Shown: positions 56,788 through 64,000 of the stretch, piece after piece
Layout of the letters: each line of letters starts with the position of its first letter
How positions within the stretch are numbered: the stretch's first letter is position 1
From: Prasinococcaceae sp. CCMP 1430
Taxonomy: Eukaryota; Plantae; Prasinodermophyta
NCBI GenBank assembly: GCA_013416795.1
Contig: RQSC01000116.1
Location: forward strand, 70,363 to 134,362
Direction: 5' to 3'
Length of the DNA: 64,000 nt
Translations under genes and position numbers: made by a program
Notes under the pieces: generated by a model
The model's database searches: none
The model's input: the letters and a program-made list of their open reading frames with translations, nothing else
What the model was told of the DNA's origin: nothing

Positions 56788-57906
56788 GCGCTGGGTGGGC
56801 CACGCTGCGGCTGCATCGCCGCCGCACGCCGCCGTGCTCGCCGCTGCACTGCTGCGCGCGCCGGCGCTCACCGATTACAACAACACCGAGAACTCGACTC
56901 CAGCCTGCTGTCGGCGGTCGCCGTGAAACACACCCTCTTTTACACACCCACCCACCCCGCCACGCGCCGCTCGACGGTGCGGCAGCCGCCGCCTCCGCCC
57001 GTCGTCGCTGTGGCGCCCCGCGCGCATCGCCCGCGCTGCACGCGCCTGCGCTGGAAAGATTTTTTTGCGCGCCTCGCACCGGCCTCGCCTCTCGCTCGCC
57101 TCATCACACGTCACCGTCGTCGCGCGCGCGCGGATTCCGACTCGTATCGGCGCACGCATCCACTCTGCGCGCGGGCCGTTTTTCCCCCCGCCCCGACAAC
57201 CGCGGGAGCGCGAACGAAACGGAACCGCGCGGCCCGCGCCGGACGGGACCGAGCGCATGCCGGCCGGCAGCGCGAATCCGCGGAACGCCCGCGCGCCAAA
57301 CGCGATTCGTCCGCGGATTTCGCCCGACGCCGACGTGGCGCGCGCCACTCATCGCGCCCGGCGTTCGCGCGGGATTTTTGTTCGGCGTCGCAGATCAAAT
57401 CCCCTGCGCGCGAGGACGCCGCGACGCCCGCCCGCCGGGCGGCGAACGGTTTCCTACCTATCGATGAATGAGCGCTCGGTCAGTCGGCGGCGATGGCACG
57501 GACGCGAGATCTTTCCCGCGCGTGCGCAAAAAAAAAAAAAAGGCCCAGAAGGATTTCGTAGCGGTTTGCTCTGCGCAGGGTTCAGGATTCGGACTGAAGG
57601 GGAGTATGATGGTACTCTGACCTGAGCCTTTGAGGCCGCGCTGGAGGCAGGTTCGGGTTTTCATTATATGCTGCCAATTTGATGTGCTTCCCGCGGTTTC
57701 TCTGGGTGAACGCAGTGCGTGCACCCTGGGCGGCGGCGGTTTTCGTGGTCCGGTCCGAGAATTCGAACGGCTCGTGTTCGTAACGAAACGGGAAACGGGA
57801 TCCGGGCGCGAAGCCGCTGCGGACGGCCTGTGGGCGGGCGGGGGAAGAGGGGGGCGCCTGCCTCTCCAGTCCTCATCCGGACAGGACGGCCCCTCGGCGC
57901 GCCTCA

Positions 57907-59893
57907 TCAAGGATACCTCCACTTGTAGCCTGGATCCTTGGTCTCGTCCTTGATGGAATCGAACTGGCCCGCGCGCTCGGCGGCCTCGAAGTGCTCGACG
58001 ATGTCGTCACGCACGCGCGCGAACGCCTCGTCCTGCGAGAGGCGCCCGAACCACTCGGCCAGCTTTGGGAAATGCTCGCGCTCCTCGAATACGCGCGGCC
58101 AGTCGAACACGCGCGGAAGCATGAAGTACATGAAGACGGCCGTCGGGTACCACGTGAAGTCGGCCAACGTGAGCGCCGCGCCCGCCAGGTAGGGGCCTCG
58201 GACCTGCTCCTCGAGCCACTGCAGCTGCTTCCAAATCTCGCGGAGCTTGGCCGCGCGGGTGGCCCTAAACGAGCGGCGCGCGCGCGCCGGCGTTGACGCG
58301 GGCGCGTGAGCACGAGTGTGCGAGCACATGCACGGCGTCGCGCGGCGCAAGGAAGTCGCCGCCCATCCGCGGGCGCGAAGAGCCGCGCGCGCACGCGCGC
58401 GCGCGCGAGCCGCACCTGTCCATCGCACGCCACGGCGGGCAGAACGGTGTCTCGTACGGCGCCAGATACATGGCGCCCTGCGTGTGTGAGAACCCCGGCT
58501 GCGTGGAGTTCGGGCTCGCTATGTACGTGTCGTGAATGCGAATGAGCAGGCGCACCAACGCGCGCTCTTCCGCTGCGCCGGGCGTGAAGCTCTCGGCGGC
58601 GCCCTGTCCCGCGAATTTGTCCTCGAGGTAGTCGAGGATCACCGCGGACTCGATGAGCGGACCCCCGTAGGCGTCGAGCAGTGCCGGCACCTTTCGCAGC
58701 GGGTTGATCCTCCCGAACTCCTCCGTCTGCAGGTCGTCGTATTTGACCATGGTGGTCTGCACAGCGCCCTCGGGCAGCCCCTTCTTGCTCAGCCATAGCC
58801 GCACGCGGGCCGCGTTGTTCGAGTGCTTCATGTCGAAGAAGTGCGGCGGGCGCTCGTGCGCAAAGCTCGCCACCGTGCGCACCTCGATTGAGCGGCGCGG
58901 GCGCGCGTCGGCGGGCGCGGTGGGGTCGCTGAACGCGGTGTGGTACGTGAATCTGGTGCCGTCGTGTTCCGCGGCCTCGCGGCTGTCATACACCTTGAAG
59001 ACCAGCGCCTCGTCCGCAGTCATCTGAGGGTAAAAGAACCACTTGTGGTGGTCCCCGTGCTGCAACGCCAGGTTCTCGCCCACGCGCTCCGGAAATACCA
59101 TCTTGTAAGGGATGGCCTCGCTCGCGCGCACGCTGCGCGCGTCGCACATGGCCAGTGGGTCCTGCTGCACCGGCGCATCGGCATCCACGCTGCGCCACAC
59201 GTTGATGAAGGCGTAACGGCCGCGCAGCACCGCCGCCCGCTCCGACGAATCCAGGGCTGCGCCACCGCCGCTCGCGCCGTCCTCGACGCGCCCCAGCTGC
59301 TCCACAATCTGCCGCAGCCTTGCGGGCGCCGAGGCCGCGCTGTAGTCGCAGTGGACGCGCCGCACGGCCGCCGCAGACTTGGAGGCGTCGCCGAGCACGT
59401 TGAGCGACTGCGCCCCGTCGCCACCAGCGCGAGCCTGTGCGGGTCGGCCCTCGCGCAGCGTGTGGTCGAACACAAGCACGCGCTCGCAGCCGGTGGCCGC
59501 CTTGACGAGCGCCTCGACCTCTGGGTAGTACACCGTGCGCACCTTTGCGGGGTCTCTAAAGTCGTCCGGGCCGCACATGGCGCTGCGCTGCGTGCGCAGC
59601 TCGAACCCGCGCGACTCGAGCGTCGCCTCGGGCACCAGAGCGCGCGCATCGCGAACGCGTACTTTGTGTCGCTCGTGCTCGTCGACGAGGTCTGAGGTGT
59701 CGGCGCCGTCAGCAGGCGCAATGTAGCGTCCGACGGCGCGGCCCGAGCCAGCCGGCGGCGGCGGAGCCTGGTAGTCGAGCTCCGCTAGCACGTCGCGCGG
59801 GCCGCCCGCTCCCGGCGAGGACCCGTTCGAGTAGCGCGCCCGCGCCTGCGCCCCCGGGCGTTCGGGCAGATTTTTTTGCGTCGGTGCGCGCAT
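57907..59893 (-). CDS. CmcJ/AsaB/NvfI-type oxygenase domain fused to glutathione S-transferase; intron 58415-58265
   Basis: TLESRGFEL, YYPEVEALVK, VFDHTLR, VHCDYS, INVWR, PLAMCDARSV, HTAF, RRSIEVR; then SNNAAR, NPLRKVPAL, ESAVI, LTLADF. Confidence 0.85.
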
Positions 59894-59920
59894 CGCTGCA
59901 GCGGAAGGGAGGGCGGCGAG

Positions 59921-62173
59921 ATGGGCTCGGCCGGGCTCGCGCGGGAGCAGTGCGCTAGCGTGCACGCGGCGTCGATGGCGCTGGTCGCGCTCGGTGCTGC
60001 CGCGTTCGTGTCCGCGGCGCTGCACAGGGGCGAGCACCCCGCCTGCGGCGGGGTTGGCAATGCGGCGTGCTTCGACTCCTACGAGCTCTCGCGAGCCCAC
60101 AACGCGACCCGGGCAGCGGTGGCTGACGTGAGCGCCCCCCGCGCTGGGGCGGCGCTCGTCTCGGCGGGTGTGGCGCTCACGTACGGCGTCGGTGGTTCGC
60201 TCTCGCACGGCGCCGCGTGGCGACTGTTCCAGCCCCTCAAGGGGGGCGAACGCTTCGTGATGCTGCAAACAGCCGCGTGGCTCTGCTTTGCCGCTGTGCT
60301 GCTTGCTGCCGCCGCGCCGCGAGCTGTCCTGGGGCCGCTGAGTGGCACGATGCACCTCGCGGGGGGCACAGCGGGCCTCGTGTGTGAGGTCCTCATGTTG
60401 GCGAGCGTGCTATGCTTTGACCGCACCAAGGGTGCCATCATCATCGAGCCGAGGCGCGCGCGGCGCGATCGCCGGCTGAAGCTCGTGGCAAGAGCAGCCG
60501 AGGCGAGGCACAGGCGCGTGCTCAGCGCGGACGCGGACGAGGCGCTGCGCACGGGCGGCAGGTTCCCTCGCGCGCGCGCCGTGCTCGTGGCCGCGTGCCA
60601 TTTGCTCGCGGTCGCGGCCGCCGCGCTGCTCGTGTGTGCAGCGCGAGCGAGCGTCGTCCCCGACCCTGGCTTTCGCATGCCGGTGCGGCCGTGGGTGAGT
60701 GCTGGGATGGCCGCGGCCACCATGCTCGTCGCCCTCACGATCACGCACGGCCTCGTCGGCTGGCTGCGCTATCGAGATGGCTGGGCGGGCTTTTTCCAGC
60801 CCTTTGCGGGAGGCGCGCACTACGTGTTGTGCCAGATTCTGGCGTGGACGCTCGCCTCCGTCTGCCTTTGCGCGCTCGCGGCCGGGGCCACGACGGCGAG
60901 GCCGCACTCGGCGCTCATGCTCGCGGCCGCGACGGGGTTGCTCAGCGAGGTGGCGCTGGCTGCCAGCCTCGTGTACTACACGCCGACGCACCGCGGTGAG
61001 CTGCCGAAGCCGGGCGGGGCCCGTGCCCGCCCGCAGCTCGGCCTGGGCGCCGCACTCGCTCGCGCGACGAGGGTGGCGATCGCATGGAGCGCTGTGTGCG
61101 CGTTGTACTCGTCGCCGTACGCCGCCATGTTCGTTTTCATCGGGCCGCTGCTGGTTCTTCCCCCATCGACGTCGCTGCCTCTCGTCGCGGTGATGGCGGC
61201 GACGTACTTTCCGGCCGTACTTATGTCGACGGCGCCGTCGACCGGGGCTCGCGAGTGGCCGTGGCTGCAGGGCGTCATAGGCGGATGCTTCGACGCCGCC
61301 GCCGAGTGCTACTTCGACGGAGTGCACGTCGTGCGCGTGCCGGACGCGCCATTGCAGTCCGGCGCGGGCGCGGATGCGAGCGCCGCCCTCGACCGCGGCG
61401 AAGGGATGGCGGGCGCCCGCCCGCCGGCGCCGATCGGAGAAGCGCCTCTTCCCGACCAAGCCATTTTTGGCTTTCACCCACATGGGCTGTTGCCGGCGAC
61501 GGCGGCATGGTTGAAAATGACGTCAGCGTGGAAGCGAGCGGTCCCGGCGTCTTCGCCGCCCGTCACTCTGGCGGCCTCGCCACCATTCGCTGGACCCATC
61601 CTCCGAGACCTGCTGTGTTGGGGCGGCGTGCGCGAGGTGAGCTCGCCCAGTTTCTCGAGGGCGCTGGATGAAGGCCGGTCGGTGCTGCTGTGTCCCGGTG
61701 GGCAGACCGAGCTCTTGATGCAGAGTGCACGCGACCCCGGCGACGGCTCCACCGAGATGGTTCTGGACGCAAGCCGACAGGGATTCCTGCGCAAGGCCAT
61801 CGAGGCGCAGGTGCCGGTCATACCAACGTTCGTCATCGGCGAGCGCCTCCTTATCCACAACCTCATCGTGGTGCGCTGGCTCCAGAAGCTCGCTTATCGT
61901 GTGATTGGCTTCCCCATCCCTTTCGTCCCCGTCGGCATGGCAGGCGTGCTCCCTTTCCCGCGTCGGACCCGGATGATCGCTCTGGTCGGCGACCCTTTGT
62001 ATCCACCCCCGCCCCCAGCGGACGCTGACAGCTTGGCGGCGGCCATTAAGGTCATGCACACGGCGTACTACGACCGCCTCGAAAGCATGTATGCCGCACA
62101 CGCGCACCTCAACGCGCAGCAGCCCCTCAGGCTGGTGAGAGACAAGGCGTCGCTCGAGGAGGAGCTGCGGTGA
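59921..62173 (+). CDS. DGAT2: DGAT2/MGAT-family acyltransferase with a long multi-TM N-terminal extension
   Basis: FGFHPHG (61475-61486), PILRDLLCWGG, LCPGGQTE, RQGFLRKA, PVIPTFVIGE, VGDP. Confidence 0.85.
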   Translation: MGSAGLAREQCASVHAASMALVALGAAAFVSAALHRGEHPACGGVGNAACFDSYELSRAHNATRAAVADVSAPRAGAALVSAGVALTYGVGGSLSHGAAWRLFQPLKGGERFVMLQTAAWLCFAAVLLAAAAPRAVLGPLSGTMHLAGGTAGLVCEVLMLASVLCFDRTKGAIIIEPRRARRDRRLKLVARAAEARHRRVLSADADEALRTGGRFPRARAVLVAACHLLAVAAAALLVCAARASVVPDPGFRMPVRPWVSAGMAAATMLVALTITHGLVGWLRYRDGWAGFFQPFAGGAHYVLCQILAWTLASVCLCALAAGATTARPHSALMLAAATGLLSEVALAASLVYYTPTHRGELPKPGGARARPQLGLGAALARATRVAIAWSAVCALYSSPYAAMFVFIGPLLVLPPSTSLPLVAVMAATYFPAVLMSTAPSTGAREWPWLQGVIGGCFDAAAECYFDGVHVVRVPDAPLQSGAGADASAALDRGEGMAGARPPAPIGEAPLPDQAIFGFHPHGLLPATAAWLKMTSAWKRAVPASSPPVTLAASPPFAGPILRDLLCWGGVREVSSPSFSRALDEGRSVLLCPGGQTELLMQSARDPGDGSTEMVLDASRQGFLRKAIEAQVPVIPTFVIGERLLIHNLIVVRWLQKLAYRVIGFPIPFVPVGMAGVLPFPRRTRMIALVGDPLYPPPPPADADSLAAAIKVMHTAYYDRLESMYAAHAHLNAQQPLRLVRDKASLEEELR

Positions 62174-62561
62174 CCGGCGGGCGGCGCTCGCCCCCTCCGC
62201 CGCGACGCCCATGTACTGTACATACATTTCAGTGCGCACTTCTGTCTGCTCTGTAGTCCTACAGAGGTCAACTTTAAAATCGTACGCCTCGCCAGGCGGA
62301 TTTGCGCCCGCCTAAAAATCGTTCCAGCGCGCGCCGCTTCGCCAGGGCGCCCAGTTCTACCCGCGCTACTCATAGAGCATTTTCGCACCCCCGCCGCTGC
62401 AGCGAGGCGCCGTCGGCGGCGGGGGGCCAAAATTCAAAAATGCGCGCATAAAATGCAAAATAATGATTTTAATCTAAAAGTTCCCCTTCGGCGCGCGCGC
62501 TGAATGCGCGCAGCGCCGCGGCGCCGTCTGCCAGCGCGCCAGCGGCGTCTGCCAGCGCGCC

Positions 62562-62852
62562 CTAGTACTTGGTGTAGCCGCCGTGCGCCTTCACCACCGC
62601 GCGCAGGCGGTTGGGGAGGCTCTTGAGATGCCTCTCAAGCCTGTCCGCCGGGTAATTCGCCCATTGCTTCAGGCACGCCGCCTTCAGCTCTGCCTGCGTG
62701 CGCGGCGGCTTGCGCATCGCCGCGATGGCCAGCGCCAGCTCGGCCCAGATGTTCTCGATCACGTTCAGATCGTTCGAGTTCGGCGGGAAGCGCAGCCTCG
62801 GCCGCTTCGTCGCGGTGCCCACGGGCTCGGGCCCTGTGATGAGCAGCGTCCC
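62562..62852 (-). mobile_element. Tc1/mariner transposase C-terminal remnant (5'-truncated)
   Basis: PPNSNDLNVIENIW and SLPNRLRAVVKAHGGYTKY* match the Tc1 SPDLNPIENxW / MPxRxxAVxxxxGGxTKY consensus; the frame breaks at a TAA near 62853. Confidence 0.85.
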
Positions 62853-62854
62853 TT

Positions 62855-64000
62855 AGACCCGAGAGCGTGAGATGAGACACGCTCAGAGCGGGAGAGAGAG
62901 AGACGGACACCCGAGAGATGCACTATGCCAACGGCATCAGTACCAAGACGGGCATGCCGAGAGAGAGAGAGAGCACATATCTTCGCCTCTGTTGCCAAAA
63001 GAGGTAACGCGAGCATTCTGATATGAGGCAGCCCCCGACAGTATACGAACAGACTAGGTGTTCGGTCGAGGGTGGTGTGTGATGATATGTAGCTCGCATG
63101 GATGTATTACATAGCAGGAGTGGATCAGAGGGCACCAGTCAGATCTGTCAGTAAAACCTGATGACCTACCCCAGGTCTGAGTGGAAACTACACTGGGTTG
63201 AAACCCCCAGCCGGGTTGAAAGCCCCGGGCGTGAGTGAGTAACTCGGGTCAGACAGCGGGATTGCACCGATAGCAAACCCGGCTGATAATTAAGGTCAGG
63301 GTCTGGGGTATTGAACCCCATCCCCGTCAGCTCTTAAGGGTAGGGTCTAAGGTATGGAACCCCAACACAAACGATGACCTACCTCGCTCACTTTCACGAG
63401 CGGTTCGGTGCCGCCAAGCTCGTCACTGTACAGAGCGCGTTCGACAAGCTGCTATTGATGATGCAGGCAGCACAGGATGTACGAGTTCGGACACGTCGAC
63501 GGCACGGTCAATCCGGCCGACGCGCTCACGAAATCGTTGGGCGGGAGCACCATCGAACACCTATATGGCGTGGTGCAGTCGTGCAACACGCACAGACAGA
63601 GCGGACGCAAGTCGACTGCAGACAGACACAGCAGAGACGACAAGCGTGGCCGAAAGGCCAAGAGAACCAGACACACAAGCATGAGATGAGACATGCAGCT
63701 GTGACCAATACAGACACAAGAGCATGAGACGAGACATGCAGATGTGACAGACCCAGACGCAAAGTGTGTCTGCTCTGTGTGTGCGCTACGTCGTGCTCTG
63801 CTCTGCACGTCTCTCTAGGGAATGACGCGAGATGTGAGAAGAGACACACATGCGATAGATGGGACAAGACCCGAGAGCGTGAGATGAGACACGCTCAGAG
63901 CGGGAGAGAAAGACGGGCATGCCGAGAGAGAGAGAGAGCACATATCTTCGCCTCTGTTGCCAAAAGAGGTAACGCGAGCATTCTGATATGAGGCAGCCCC
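62855..64000 (+). mobile_element. Ty1/copia-like retroelement remnant with a direct repeat (62855-63035 vs 63867-64000) and an RNase H C-terminal fragment (63477-63542)
   Basis: HVDGTVNPADALTKSL fits the copia RNase H ADxxTKxL motif; near-identical direct repeat with a 47-nt indel; lower GC; candidate LTR TGTTG(62990)..CAACA(63367). Confidence 0.72.

Noticed and set aside
58265-60355. Extended N-terminus of the oxygenase-GST ORF up to 60355
   Set aside because: The extra 154 codons are the antisense of DGAT2 TM helices; the ATG at 59893 precedes the domain start
63079-63180. Box C (TGATGA) and box D (CTGA) spaced like a C/D snoRNA
   Set aside because: No terminal stem, no recognisable rRNA guide, and it lies within TE-derived sequence
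63193-63319. Palindromes with TTGAAA resembling CRISPR repeat ends
   Set aside because: Only three unevenly spaced, divergent copies inside a retroelement-like region
62855-64000. Complete autonomous LTR retrotransposon
   Set aside because: No gag, integrase or RT, no PBS, and the repeat boundaries do not match a simple LTR pair
1-64000. Viral (NCLDV/virophage) or bacterial insertion
   Set aside because: No capsid, primase, integrase or operon-like signature; spliceosomal introns and uniform codon style run throughout

Overview
A gene-dense, very GC-rich eukaryotic nuclear segment from a green alga, probably of prasinophyte grade. The organism is inferred from short GT(GCG)..CTGAC..YAG introns, TGTAA poly(A) signals, and plant-lineage genes (ORANGE, ABA4, FKBP19, a PsbP-domain protein, COX5C, plastid AccA). 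About 32 protein-coding genes can be supported: housekeeping (eIF2-alpha, NAP1, WDR55, DDX47/RRP3, SUV3, ERGIC3), plastid, flagellum-associated (DRC11/IQCA1, a docking-domain adenylate kinase, a TSNAXIP1-like protein), transporters and lipid enzymes. A nested Tc1/copia transposon patch fills the last 1.6 kb. There are three assembly ambiguities: N at 21817, N at 27153, and a 151-N gap at 47325-47475. No tRNA, rRNA or CRISPR array was found. The most unusual items are: (1) an in-frame fusion of a CmcJ/AsaB/NvfI-type Fe/2OG oxygenase with a glutathione S-transferase, back-to-back with a DGAT2 that has a duplicated membrane module; (2) an F-box protein whose MATH domain is split by a ZZ zinc finger; (3) a small membrane-protein gene overlapping ORANGE head-to-head; (4) an adenylate kinase with a 36-nt tandem-repeat acidic tail; (5) a recurrent intergenic TTTGATG(TG) motif. 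All family assignments come from motif recognition by eye; no database searches were run.
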